A DNA stretch of 64,000 nucleotides from Amoebophrya sp. A120. Taxonomy: Eukaryota > Protista > Dinoflagellata. Under the pieces are notes generated by a model. The model worked only from the letters and a program-made list of their open reading frames with translations, was not told the origin of the DNA and ran no database searches. Numbering within the stretch: the first letter of the stretch is position 1; the number at the start of each line of letters is the position of its first letter. The position numbers and the translations under genes were made by a program. Positions 11,801 to 23,900 of this stretch are shown piece after piece. Location: the NCBI GenBank assembly GCA_905178155.1, contig CAJINV010000007.1:404020-468019 (forward strand). Direction: 5' to 3'.

Positions 11801-14800
11801 ACAGATCTAGTCTCTCATGCTGATTGGAGCATGACAAATTTCAAAACACCATTAGAAAATGCTTCTCATGAGGTTCCGCATGAGAAACATTTTAAGCATG
11901 CAGATTTGCATGACAACTATGGTGTGGGAACGTTTTTAAATAGGATAGAATGTCCATGGGTCTCATGACGGGCGACTGCTCTATCAAGTGCAAAAATGTC
12001 TGGGTCTGGAAGAGTGCGCGATTTGTCATGCAGCTTTTCCATGACCCATGAGGTCTGGAATGCAGGGACTAGCATGACAGATTCTGTGCGATCTCTCTCA
12101 TGCCTGTCCTGCATGTGAAACTCCCTCCCGACTTGGTCAAAACTGGACGACTTTTGGTAATCCTGCAACACAGATTTTTGCATGCTTCAGATTTAGCATG
12201 ACAGGTTGCATTCTTCCAGACCCAGACATTTTTACGTTTGATATGCTCGGGCGCCGCGCCATTGGTCAGGTCCACCGCCTTGCACACCGACCGCTTGACC
12301 ATCGCAAGGTGGCAGCAAAAGGCCTGGGAGGCCACGATCAGGAAGTCTGTGCAGCAGGTCTGCCACTCCGACTTTTGCATGTTGCGGACCTCCGTAGGCA
12401 ACATGAACTTCCAGTAACAGAACACTGCCGCCAAAACCACCGCAAAAACGCCGTCAAAGGCTTATTGTGGGGAAAAATTATACCCCCTCCCCATATCGAA
12501 AAGGCACACCGCAAATGCTGATGTGTGGGCAAAAAATCTCTCTGTCTTGCAACTAGGGATCAAGTCCACAGGCTCCGCCGCGTGATGCCGGCGAATTGTG
12601 ATGCTGTTGGTCCTGCAGCGTAGACTTTTGTCATGCTCCTGGGCCGCGCCCATGTCAAAACATCTCTGCATATTAACAGGCTATAGCATATACCTGCAGA
12701 AGTCCTATACTTCTGCAAGACAAATCTGATTTGTGTATGCAAATCCAGCATCAGATAAGTTTCGTTTTGTTACGGGGAGGGGGGATTTATTTTCCTTTTC
12801 GTAAGGCTTCAAACAGACCACGCAACAGGGTCGCGGTGTCCTTGTCGGAGCAATCCACCGTATTGGAGTAGATTGGAGGTACACCCGAGTACCCCACCTT
12901 CCCCTCGCACTCCACTGTGTAGTATCAGAGTGCACAAGACCCCCCCCCCTCGACGTCCCCCTCAACATTTGGCATGCAGAATCCCAATTGATTCCACCTG
13001 GTGCCTTCTTCGATAATTCCGAAACCTAAGCATTACAACTTTAGCTTAACTTTAGCTTACACTCGGCGCGTAAAATTATAACTTAAACTAAAACTTGTCA
13101 CACGCACAGGCTCGACTTGTGTTGGGGGTCGTGTTGCTGTTCCTGCAAGTGGGGTTTGAGGAGGGAGGGTTGTGCACCCTCATATGTAGGACCACTCAGC
13201 CACAATCACCGTCGCCAAGGAAAAGATTACGAAAAAGAACATATCCTTTGTAAAAACGTCCCCACCCCAGAGTTGTTTTTCTTTGTAATGCAAATCTGCA
13301 TGCATAAAATGTCTCTCATGCGAAGCCCCATGAGAAGCAGTCTATATCGGTGCTTTGAGATGATTTATCACGCTCAAACAAATCAGCGCGATGCGCTAGA
13401 TCTGTGACGCTGCGCTGCACTAGTTAAACAGGATCACACTACGAGGACAAACTTGTCATGCGAAACCACTAAAGCTGGTAGATTTGTCTAGCAGATTCCC
13501 CATCTTGACTCTGGTACTATGGGGACGTTTTTACTCAGGATAGAACAAAAACCGCATCAACGTCAGCGTCAAGCCCACCATGCCGTGGCCGAGGATCTGT
13601 ATCCAGTGCAAATCTAATGTCTGGGTCTGGAGAGATGCGAGATTTCGTGTCATGCAGTTTTAATGTTTATTCCAAGCTCCACCATGATAAGTCTGGAACG
13701 CAGGATGGCCTAGCATGATCACAGGTTCATCTTCTGCAGCTGTCCTTGGTATTTATGCCTATTCTGCATGATGAGACAGGCTCGTCTCTCGCCATTGCCA
13801 GAAGTGAGGCCACGCCCTCTTCTTGCAAGTCATGGAGCACAGACTTTTCTATGATCCGCAACACACATCACAAGTTCCTCTCCTTCCAGACGACCCAGAG
13901 GGAAGTAGATATTTGCATTGGATACTCTGCTCCGCACCACAAAACATCACTTTCCAGAGCGCTTTGAAGTCCTGGCAGCAGGTCGGTTGGTCCTGCGGGT
14001 CGGCGTAGGGCTTCTTCCCTGTTTGAAAGATCAACAAACAAGGACACGTGATCGCGCAGCCAAGTAAGCAGTCGAGAAAAAGGCCCGGGTCCCGCTTGTA
14101 GTACTGCTCCGTAACCACGTTGTAGCGCCAGCCCCCGGCCTGCCGCGTCTCGTAGTCAAACCCGCAACAGTCGCCAGACCAGGCGGAGCACGGCACGTAG
14201 TTGTCCACTGCTCCCGGACACAAGCCGTAGCAGTATGCATTGCAAATATCATCATGCCTGGGAGGTCTGGAAAGAACTTGTGACGCAAGAATTCAGAGAA
14301 CATCTTCAATGCGCACACTCTAGTGCAACACTGCCAAGCATGATGACAGGTCTTATTTCCGTGATTATGATTTTGATTTACGTGTTCTGCATGAGAACCT
14401 TCTTTTTTGCATGACAGGCAAGAGGAGCTCTACTATGCGGCCTCGCAATACAGAGCTCCGAGTCGTCCTCATCTTCCCTGACTCCCACCACAAATCTTGC
14501 ATTCTTCGAAACCAAGACAACATATTTGCAATGCCTAAGCAGCTGGCCCAGTACACTTTTTGACTGCTGCCTTCCACGGTGGTGGTCGTCTCCAACACTG
14601 TCGGCGGCGGGGCCTGCGTATGGATTGTAAAAGTGTCTGCGTCTGGAAGGTTGGAACTTGTAATGCTAGCTTTCCATACGTGGAAAATCTTCTGTATTGC
14701 ATACTTAACCAGCAAAAGTCGCAGGCGCTTTTGTCATGCAAAAACGCAGTTTCTCATGCGGATTGCCTATGAGAAAGCGCTTTGGGAAGTTGTCATGTCG

Positions 14801-16195
14801 AACTGCATTCCGAAGTGTTTTCATCATGCACATGTTTCCAGACCCAGACATTTTTGCATTTGATACTGCGCCGCCGGCATGCCGTTCTCCAGCTGCTCGA
14901 TCCGGGCTTCCAGCTCCTCCGCCACCGCACTCCCCTCGAAGCGCGGCGTGATGACCCCGTCGGTCACTATCCTGAGCAAAAACGTCCCCACCCCAGAGTC
15001 AAGATGGGGAATCCGCTAGACAAATCAGCCACCTCTGGTTGTTTCGCATGACAAGTTTATCCTCGTAGTGTGATCCTGTTTAGCTAGTTCCGAAGCATCA
15101 CAGATCTAGCATATAATGCTGACTCTAGCATTACAAATTCCAAAACAGGATAAGAAAATGGTTCTCATGGGGCTCCGCATGAGAAACTTTTTTGGCATGC
15201 AGATTTGCATGACAACTCTGGTGTGGGGACATTTTTACTCAGGATAGTCACCTCCCCGTCCTCGTCCGGTCGCGCACCGTCCCCGTTCTCCTCGTTTCCA
15301 TCTTGTGCCGCCAACTCCAATTCGTCTCCCTTGGCCACCTCGGTTTCCGCCGCTTCGCCTTCGCCCTCCTGCATGGGCGCGTTAAAAGTACTAGCAGCAG
15401 CCTCGGCGTAGGACGAGGAGGAAAAGTCGAAGTTGTAAGATGTGCTGTAGGCTGCTCCTTGCTCCTGCTCTTCCGCCTTATCCTCCTCCAACTGCCCCTC
15501 CGCGACGGCCTGGTCGCCCTCCTCCGCAGGAGGCGCAGCATATCCCACAGAAAAAAGCTGGCAGGGCATATTTGTAATGCAAAAATAAATACACAGGAAG
15601 ATCTGTCATGGGCGGCCTCATAGCATGCTGTTCAGGACGCGCAATACAGATTTTTTTGTGTATTTATTTTTGCATTACAAATGTGACCTGCCAGCTTTTT
15701 TCTGTGGGATACAGGCGCCTCGCCCTCCCCGCCGTAGTTTTCATCGTCATCGTACTTGCGGTGCTTTTTCTTCTTCTTTTTCTCTCGGCCGCGGGCCATG
15801 GGGGGCGCGTCGTAATCCCAGTCTTCCTCGTAACCGTAGCCGTAGCCCTGCATCTCCACCGCTACTTCTCCCTCTGCGTAGTACCTGTCCCGGTGTTTTT
15901 TCCGGGTTACCGCGTATCAAATGTGAAAGTGTCTGGGTCTGGAAGAATGCAAGATTTGCGATGCAGGTTTTCCATGACCCATGAGGTCTAGAATGCGCGA
16001 CCCAGCATGACAGATTCTTTGAGGTATATATCATGCCTTTCCTGCATGAGAAACCTCCTCTCAACTTGGTCAAAAGCGGACAGCTTTTGGCACTCACGCA
16101 ACACAGACTTTTGCATCATTTAGATTTAGCATGACAAGTTCTAATCTTCCAGACCCAGACATTTTTACATTTGATACCGCCGTGCCCGGGTACAT
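8878..16195 (-). CDS. Gene 2: about 854-aa membrane protein with two copies of a Cys-rich multi-TM domain (PLAC8-like CCPC motif), 18 exons
   Basis: Removing 17 elements plus one TSD each gives 2565 nt in frame (ATG 16195 to TGA 8878). Spliced motifs DCCGFDY, CPCxLxFQTGKKPY, FCYWKFMLP, QKSxWQTC and HLxMVKRxVxKAVD occur twice and match the almost intronless paralogue at 45855-47527. Confidence 0.9.
9011..9324. mobile_element. Introner, family C
   Basis: Close copy of 3671-3983; TSD CCGCA/CCGAA. Confidence 0.92.
9453..9705. mobile_element. Introner, family A
   Basis: TSD AGTAA/AGTAA. Confidence 0.92.
9787..10050. mobile_element. Introner, family B
   Basis: TIR ATCCTGTGTAAAAA.GTCCCCA; TSD GCAAA/GCAAA. 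Confidence 0.92.
10363..10687. mobile_element. Introner, family C
   Basis: TSD TCTGC/TCTGC. Confidence 0.9.
10877..11092. mobile_element. Introner, family E
   Basis: TATGACAGTGCACAACCCCC...GGGAGTTGTGCACATTCATA; TSD AGCAG/AGCAG. Confidence 0.92.
11180..11441. mobile_element. Introner, family A
   Basis: TSD GGGGC/GGGCC; inverted near-copy of 15915-16176. Confidence 0.92.
11668..11947. mobile_element. Introner, family B
   Basis: TSD GAATG/GAATG. Confidence 0.9.
11982..12243. mobile_element. Introner, family A
   Basis: TSD TGCTC/TGCTC. Confidence 0.92.
12463..12803. mobile_element. Introner, family C
   Basis: TSD AGGCT/AGGCT. Confidence 0.88.
12923..13184. mobile_element. Introner, family E-type TIR with divergent interior
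   Basis: TATCAGAGTGCACAA...TTGTGCACCCTCATA; TSD TGTAG/TGTAG. Confidence 0.88.
13242..13542. mobile_element. Introner, family B
   Basis: TSD GAACA/GAACA; opposite orientation to 9787-10050. Confidence 0.9.
13600..13924. mobile_element. Introner, family A (aged, many small insertions)
   Basis: TATCCAGTGCAAAT...ATTTGCATTGGATA; TSD ATCTG/CTCTG. Confidence 0.85.
14234..14537. mobile_element. Introner, family A (aged, many small insertions)
   Basis: TSD AGCAG/AGCAG. Confidence 0.85.
14619..14865. mobile_element. Introner, family A
   Basis: TSD CTGCG/CTGCG; close to 4100-4368. Confidence 0.92.
14968..15246. mobile_element. Introner, family B
   Basis: TSD GTCAC/GTCAC. Confidence 0.92.
15541..15711. 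mobile_element. Introner, family F (TIR about 55 bp, largely a hairpin)
   Basis: TATCCCACAGAAAAAAGCTGGCAG...CTGCCAGCTTTTTTCTGTGGGATA; TSD CAGCA/CAGGC (3 of 5 match); frame restored on removal. Confidence 0.88.
15915..16176. mobile_element. Introner, family A
   Basis: TSD CCGCG/CCGCC. Confidence 0.92.
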
Positions 16196-17908
16196 GTTGG
16201 TTTTTCTTGAACAAACCTCGAACTATTATACTTGAACGAGAAGAAATATAGAGGGTCTGAAATTAATATACTGTCACACGTTACTATATCAGAAGAAAAA
16301 GCTGCAGTCAAATTTTCCGCCTCCGGGGCAAGATGTTGTACGGGATAGCTTTAGTTTTTTTCAACTTGTTTTTATTTCTGTGGTTTATTCGAGCGTCTTC
16401 CTTGGGGGAAAGAAGAGCCAAAGAATTTAGAATACCGCAAGCCTGTTTAATATTCTCCTCACGGTCGTGTCAGCATGAAAATCTTCGAAAAAGACAAACG
16501 CAACCTACAACGTCATCATCTGGGCAGAAAAGTAGGCTAGAATTTTTGAAGCAGGTTGATGTGCTGCCAACGCATTGAACCGATGAGAAAACGCCTGCTT
16601 TGACCGAACGCACTTTCGATTTACGCAAATAAAACCGATCTAGGAGACACGGAAAAACCGTAAGAGAGGTCTGATATCAAATAGTAACCGATGCATAGTA
16701 GCAAATTACAGTGCGCGATCCGAAAATGAATTCGGACAAAACTTGAAACCGACGATGTTAATGTTTCAGGTTCTGCTCAAAATACACCACAGCTGAGCCA
16801 CACTGATTAAACCGTTATATGAGCACCGATTCGAACGAAGTGAACCAGTTTACTGATGCAACAAGCCTTTCTTCTGCTACAGTTTCGCTCCTACGGTGGC
16901 TATGGAAGTACGACAGAACCGACACGACCGACTTACCATCCTGCTTCGATAAGATCCTTTCAAGCTGCACCTATAGATAAGTGTTCCAGAAGCGAGAGTC
17001 AAAGCCGCGCATAGATAAGTGTTCCAGAAAAAGTATTCTTGTATAGCAAAAATTGGAGAAACGTCTTTGAAGAAACGTCTTGTCGCAAAAGGACTTCCTT
17101 CGGCCTGTTCTCAATGTTGCTGCTGGCTTTCAATACTGTGCTCAAGTTCTATGACGACATCCAAAAGCATCAAGAAGGTCGCTCCAATGCGTTTTCGTAT
17201 TTGTGCGTTTTGCCTATGTGTAATCAGTCTCGCTTGTCTTCGCGATGGATGCTTTACAAATATGTTGAATTCCTTACAGCTAATGGTGTGTGGACAAACG
17301 GCTGTCCACATTCTAGCAAGGTCTCTCTATGGACAAACACAGGTGAGGAGAATGTTCTGACTTTCTAGTATCTTCTTTCACAAGCATGTAGTTGTAGTCG
17401 TTCCTCGATTGCTTGCGCACAAACTTCTAAGCAGGAATATGGCAAAAAGTTCAAGTAATTTTTGGATGATGAGTCGTCGTGCCTGCTACTTGATGAAGGC
17501 CTTAAACACATAGACTGTCCCGTGTCAAAAAGAACCCCTTTTCATTCACTACGTCCGTATGCATCGCGGTCCCGTCAAGATTCATTGTTCTTGATCTTGC
17601 CTTTATAATTCACAAGCTACATAGAAGACTGATGGGATGAACTCTTGCAGATCAATATTTAGAATGTGTAAAGTTGGTTTTTGTAAAAATAAATGCGCGT
17701 GTGAAAAGGAATAGCCAACAAGGTGAAGGAAGCAGAAGCGTCGGCGTTCTGCAACGGCAATGTCATCACTTTTATTCATCACTCAGTTGCGTGTCCGAAA
17801 TAAATACTCCTATCTATTTTCTAGTCGTCATCTTGCCTGGACGCGCACGACAACACTGCCTTTTAACACCCCCCCCCCCAGTGAGGATCGGCGTACGAAC
17901 ACTGTTCG

Positions 17909-20900
17909 TTACAGACCATTGTCGACATTCGTCGAAAGGTATGCACTGTCGTAGCTCCATGACGAACCGGGCCCGTCTTTAAACTCGACCTCGCCTCGCC
18001 CTTTCATTCCTTTGTACATCTCGTCATCCATGTTGCTGATAACGGTGTGAAGGTGGCGCGTCTCTCAACAGGAAAAATCTCCCCGCCCCACATCGAAACA
18101 AAGTCTCTGATGCTGGATTTGCGTGCGGTCTGTCTTGCTGCAAGGAACCCCGGCCAGACAACTCTCGGCCTGTTTGGTAGCGTAATGGTGTAGCTGCTTC
18201 GAGCATAGGAGACGCCTGCCATGCAGGGAAGTAAGCATGACAAGCCACCTCCATCATGTAGCGCATCCCTCGGCGTAAAAGGTGGCCACAAAAAATCTGC
18301 ATCACAAATTTTCAGACAGATGCCTTTTCATTATGGGGAGGGGCGATTTTTTCTCGCCATAGAGTCTCAGCATTGATGAGCTCCACCAGGCGCCAACCGC
18401 ATGGGTCCACCACTGCTAGCTTCTGGTCCAGGTGCATGTGAAAGATTCCTCCTGCGCTGAGGCTGGTCTGCCGCAGCATTGGCCTGTTATGCCTCCAATG
18501 TTCGTGGTACACCTCTGGCTCGAGGGAACGGATCAAAAAGAAAAATCCCCCCTCCCCATATCTGTGATGCAGATTTGTGACCACAAATCAACTTTGTCAT
18601 GCTAGCAGCGAAAAGATGCGGACTGTATTGCAGGGTGGTGTGGGAAGGCCTTGCACGTCCAGCATGACAGAAGGCAGCTGGAAGTATGAAACAGCGTGAC
18701 AAATTGCCTCCAAACCAGGCCACAGCTGCGGCTCTTGGCCTACTTCTAGCAATACAAATCGATTTGTGTACTCAAATACAGCATCACAAATTTCGTTTTT
18801 GATATGGGGAGGGGGGCTTTTTTCTTTTGATACAACGCTCACGAGCGCTCAGCCACGGATCCAGCAACGAAACGTACCCAAATGGCGCGCAGTCCCACAT
18901 CCACTTTCGCGCAAAATAGACCCAGCAGAGGTCGTATCAAATGTAAAAGTGTTCGGGTCTGGAAGAATGCATGTTTGTCATGCTTGTCTGGCATGACTCT
19001 TAAATCTGTCGAGGTGCATAGCAAGGTAAATCATTCTTCAACTCATAACTCTGACAAACATGTTTTTTCTCGTTTTCTATTTTTTTGTTTACATGTTTAT
19101 GCTAACGAAATAAGATACTACTTGTACTATCGGCTTTCGTGCCACCGGGACGTCCTGCCCGTAGACCACCAATGTCATGCACATTGCCCAAGAGACGTTT
19201 TTCTCTGTCATGCGGAGACGAGGTTTGTCATGCAGAATAGGCAACACCTACAAGCTCAGAAATTTGTCATGCTGAGCCAGCACTTGTGGCCTCCTCATGC
19301 TACGCCACTCAGCATCACAAGTTTCCAGACCGAGACATTTTTACATTTGATAGGTTGCATTCTTCAAGCGCCGCCTTGCACTCCTCCATCCCTGTGGGCG
19401 GCGGCTGTCGGGGTCGTGTGATGCGGTCATTCGTATTCAGCTCCGTCGCGCGCGACAAATCGTCGCTCTCGCTGAAATATGCATTGCAAATATGTCTGGG
19501 TCTGGAAACTTGTAATGCCGCGTTGGGAATAGTGAATGCTCTGTAATGCGCAGCCAAGCATGAGAAATTGAAATGTCTGCGCTTCGCTGTGTTGCGTTAT
19601 TCGCATGAAAACTGCGTTTTTGCATGACAGACAAAAGGGTCTCTTCTTGGACACGCATCACAAACTTTTTGGTCATCCCAAACAAGCATGACAAATCTCG
19701 CAATCTTCCAGACCCAGACATTTTTGCATTTGGTATGAAAAGCCGCCGCAGTTGCAACATGTCTCGCTGCTGATGCTTGCGTAAGGAGAGCGCCAGCGCC
19801 CGCTTCTGCCGTTCGTTTTCGGAAAGCATGTTATGCAAGAAAAAAACTGCGTAAGTGTAAATTTGTGTTGCAGAACATGCAACAGAGTTACGCCTGTCAT
19901 GCAAGACAGCCACGAAGCCCTGTTTTCATGTGTGTTTTTCCTTACAAGCCACGCATCACAGGTTTTCTCTGTCATGTAGAGCGATTTTGTGATGCTGTTC
20001 CTCAAAGAAGGTTACACTTACACACTTTTTTTTCTGGATACATGTGTCCTGCAATGCACTGTGCGAACCTCTTGCCATCGCCGGAAGATGAAGTGGACGA
20101 CGCGGAACTGTCAGGAGCACCACCCGCGTCAACATTCCCTTGCTCACGACCTTGTCGGGCGTCAAGAAAATGGCCGCCCTCCGGCTGGTACTCCGATTTC
20201 CAGTGCTCCATAATCTCTGTCACATCCTCCTCCTCCACGCCCCGCTCGGGGTGCTCGCTCCTGAACCCCTCTAGATACGCCCGCAGTGCTATTACAATGA
20301 AAAATGCCCCCACCCGCCAACTTGGGAGCATTTGTATTGCAAACCTTTCCAAATGAATCACTCGCCCTCTTGCATCTATCAGCATCACAGGTTTTCAACC
20401 GTGAATACAAAAAATTTGTATTGCAAAAGACCCCAGCAAGAGCGGCGCTTGTCATGGAAGCGATGCGATACATGCCTAGACTCTGAAACAGAAAGACTCA
20501 TACTCCTTTCATGCATGACAAAAAGTTTTCATTTGGAAACTTCGCCTCACAAATTTTTGCAATTTCAGCGGTGGGGGACACTTTTCACTGTAATAAGTGC
20601 TGCTTCCACCCCGGAACGGAACAGGAAAAACGCATAACATTGCTCCTGCAGCACCGCTGCATCCGCGCAAAAGTTTGGCAGAACCGGAAAGGCGCCCAGC
20701 GACGTGGGCGCCGACTTGAGCGCCGTGTCGGCGCAAATGCCGAGTGCCCCCCGGGGAACTGCTTTGGTCCAAACGGACTTCCAAAACTTGGCGAATTCCG
20801 TCTTCATATGAAATGCAAATATGTCTGGGTCTGGAAGATTGCTACATTACTATCTAAACTGCAGCATCTGGTCAAAAATGCAGGCGAGGGGTATGCTCGG

Positions 20901-23900
20901 GGGTATGTTCGGGGGTGTGTCAGGGGTATGCAAATGGCAGTCAGTCACGACCTGAATACAAATTTTTGGCGAAAAAGCAGAAGGCGGGGTATAAACATAC
21001 CCCAGACACACCCCAGACATACCCCAGACAGACCCCCGAACACACCCCAGGCAAAAAGTCCGAACATACCCCAGACACACCCCGGACGGACTTTCGGGCA
21101 CACCCCGGGCAGGCTTTCGGACACACCCCGGCCAAACTTTTGGACTTTGTCATGTGAGGGTTGGCCCAAACAAGTCCAGTCTGTCACGCGAGACCGTGTG
21201 GCCAAGGGGCGAAAGCCCTAGGTCAGCGCGGGGACTCTGTCCCCGCGTCATGACCTAGGGGCCAGCTGGGGGCGCTTCCCGGACACCGCGCGGCCAAGGG
21301 GCGAAAGCCCTAGGTCAGCGCGGGGACTCTGTCCCCGCGCCATGACCTAGGGGCCAGCTGGGAGTGCTTCCCGGACAAAGCGCGGCCAAGGGGCGAAAAC
21401 CCTAGGCCAGCGCGGGGACGCGTCATGGCCTAGGGGCCGGCTGTGGGTGCTTCCCGGACACCGTGGGGCCAAGGGGCGAAAGCCCTAGGCCAGCGCGGGG
21501 ACTCGGTCCCCGCGTCATGGCCTAGAGGCCGGCTGTGCGCGCTTCCCGGACACCGCGCGGCCAAGGGGCGAAAGCCCTGGGCCGGCGCGGGGACTCGGTC
21601 CCCGCGTCATGGCCTAGTAGGGGCCAGCTGCGAGCGCCCCCCGGACACCGTGCGGCCAAGGGACGAAAGCCCTAGGCCAGCGCGGGGCCTCGGTCCCCGC
21701 GTCATGGCCTAGGGGCCGGCTGTGAGCGCCCCCCGGACACCGTGCGGCCAAGGGACGAAAGCCCTAGGCCAGCGCGGGGCCTCGGTCCCCGCGTCATGGC
21801 CTAGGGGCCGGCTGTGGGTGTTTCCCGGACACCGTGTGGCCAAGGGGCGAAAGCCCTAGGCCAGCGCGGGGACTCGGTCCCCGCGTCATGGCCTAGGGGC
21901 CGGCTGTGAACGTTTCCCGGACACCGTGCGGCCAAGGGGCGAAAGTCCTAGGCCCGCCAGCGCGGGGACTCGGCCCCCGCGTCATGGCCTAGGGGCCAGC
22001 TTTGAGCGCTCCCCGGACACCGTGCAGCCAAGGGACGAAAGCCCTAGGCCAGCGCGGGGACTCGGTCCCCGCGTCATGGCCTAGGGGCCAGCTGTGAGCG
22101 CTGCCCGGACACCGTGCGGCCAAGGGACGAAAGCCCTAGGCCAGCGCGGGGACTCGGTCCCCGCGCCATGGCCTAGGGGCCGGCTGTGGGCGTTTCCCGG
22201 ACACCGTGTGGCCAAGGGGCGAAAGCCCTAGGCCAGCGCGGGGAGTCGGTCCCCGCGCCATGGCCTAGGGGCCGGCTCTGAGCGCTTCCCGGACACCGTG
22301 CGGCCAAGGGGCGAAAGCCCTGGCTGGGCCAGCGCGGGGACTCGGTCCCCGCGTCATGGCGTAGGGGCCAGCTGTGGGCGCTTCCCTTACACCGTGCGGC
22401 CAAGGGACGAAAGCCCTAGGCCAGCGCGGGGACTCGGTCCCCGCGTCATGGCCTAGGGGCCAGCCGTAGGCGCTTCCCGGACACCGTGCGGCCAAGGGGC
22501 GAAGGCCCTGGGCCAGCGCGGGGACCCGGTCCCCGCGCCATGGCCTAGGGGCAAGCTGTGAGCGTTTCCCGGACACTGTGCGGCCAAGGCAGGGGCGAAA
22601 GCCCTAGGCCAGTGCGGGGACTCGGTTCCCGGAAACCGCGCGGCAAAGCACGGGGCGAAAATAAGCCCTAGGCCAGCGCGGGGACTCGGTCCCCGCGTCA
22701 TGGCCTAGGGGCCAGCTGGTAGCGCTTCGTTCCCGGACACCGTGCGGCCACGGAGCGTCTGACTTCCCTTGGCCGCACGTTGTCCGGGAAGCGCTACCAG
22801 CTGGCCCCTAGGCCAGCGCGGGGACTCGGTCCCCACGCCATGGCCTAGGGGCAAGCTGTGAGCGTTTCCCGGACAACGTGCGGCCAAGGCAGGGGCGAAA
22901 GCCCTAGGCCAGTGCGGGGACTCGGTAGGTTCCCGGAAACCGCACGGCTAAGCACGGGGCGAAGATAAGCCCTAGGCCAGCGCGGGGACTCGGTCCCCGC
23001 GTCATGGCCTAGGGGCCAGCTGGTAGCGCTTCCCGGACACCGTGCGGCCAAGGGGCGAAAGCCCTAGGCCAGCGCGGGGACCCGGTCCCCACGCCATGGC
23101 CTAGGGGCTAGCTACGAACACTCCCCGGGCACCACACCGCGCGGCCGAGGAAGGGCGGGGCAAAGAAAAGCCCTAGGGCAGGGCGGGGCTCTGTCGCCGC
23201 GCCATGACCTGGGGGCCGGCTCCAGGCCCGGCGCAAGCTTCTTCTTTTCTTTTATCTTTGCGCCCGGCAGGCTAATGAATCTAGTGCGCGCAAGCAGGGG
23301 AGCCGCGTCCGCAGGCCCGTCGCGGGTCAGTGAATGCAAGGCGCGCCGAGATACCTAGCCGCAGGCGACCTGCCTGCCCAGTGTCACCGCGCAGACAAAT
23401 GCCGGAAGGTCGCCGCGCGGGGACTCTGTCCCCGTGCTCGGGCCTTGTTTGTCATGCATATCTGACATGACTCAAGAATCTGCGATGCATGGGCACGAAG
23501 CGGTCCTCTGACCTGTCATGCAGAAACGCAGTTTGCCATGCGGAACACGCAACACACAGAAGCCCAAAACTTTGTCATGCTTGGCTCCATATTGGAGTGG
23601 AACTCTCATTCACTTTTAGCATTACAAGTTTCCAGACCCAGACATATTTGCAATGCGTACTTCATCAGCGTTGGCAAAACTTCCGTCTTCATGTTCGCCT
23701 TCCACGCGGTCTTTCCCGGCCAGACGCCCGAGGACTCGCGTGCAATTTCTAAGCGCCCAGCGAATTGTTCCCTCGACTCCGGATTATAGTTCGCAGTCAA
23801 AGTGCTTGAGCCGGCGGGTGCTCCTGCTGCGGTAGCGGTAGCACCGTTATCAAGTTGAAAGAAAGTGCCCCGCCCCGAGAAGTTTGAGCTTCACTTGCGG

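Larger units (their letters stand above)
20807..23659. mobile_element. Introner, family A, expanded to 2853 bp by a nested insertion (copy A only)
   Basis: TSD CTTCA/CTTCA; empty site CCGTCTTCATCAGCG near 35190; the two halves match element 9453-9705. Confidence 0.92.

Noticed and set aside
17039-17368. 109-aa ORF on the + strand, homologous to about 32720-33030
   Set aside because: The frame is not conserved between the duplicates and there is no recognisable motif.
21193-23220. CRISPR array or ribozyme tandem
   Set aside because: No unique spacers and no cas genes. The hammerhead core CUGANGA is absent, and I could not fit an HDV-like pseudoknot.
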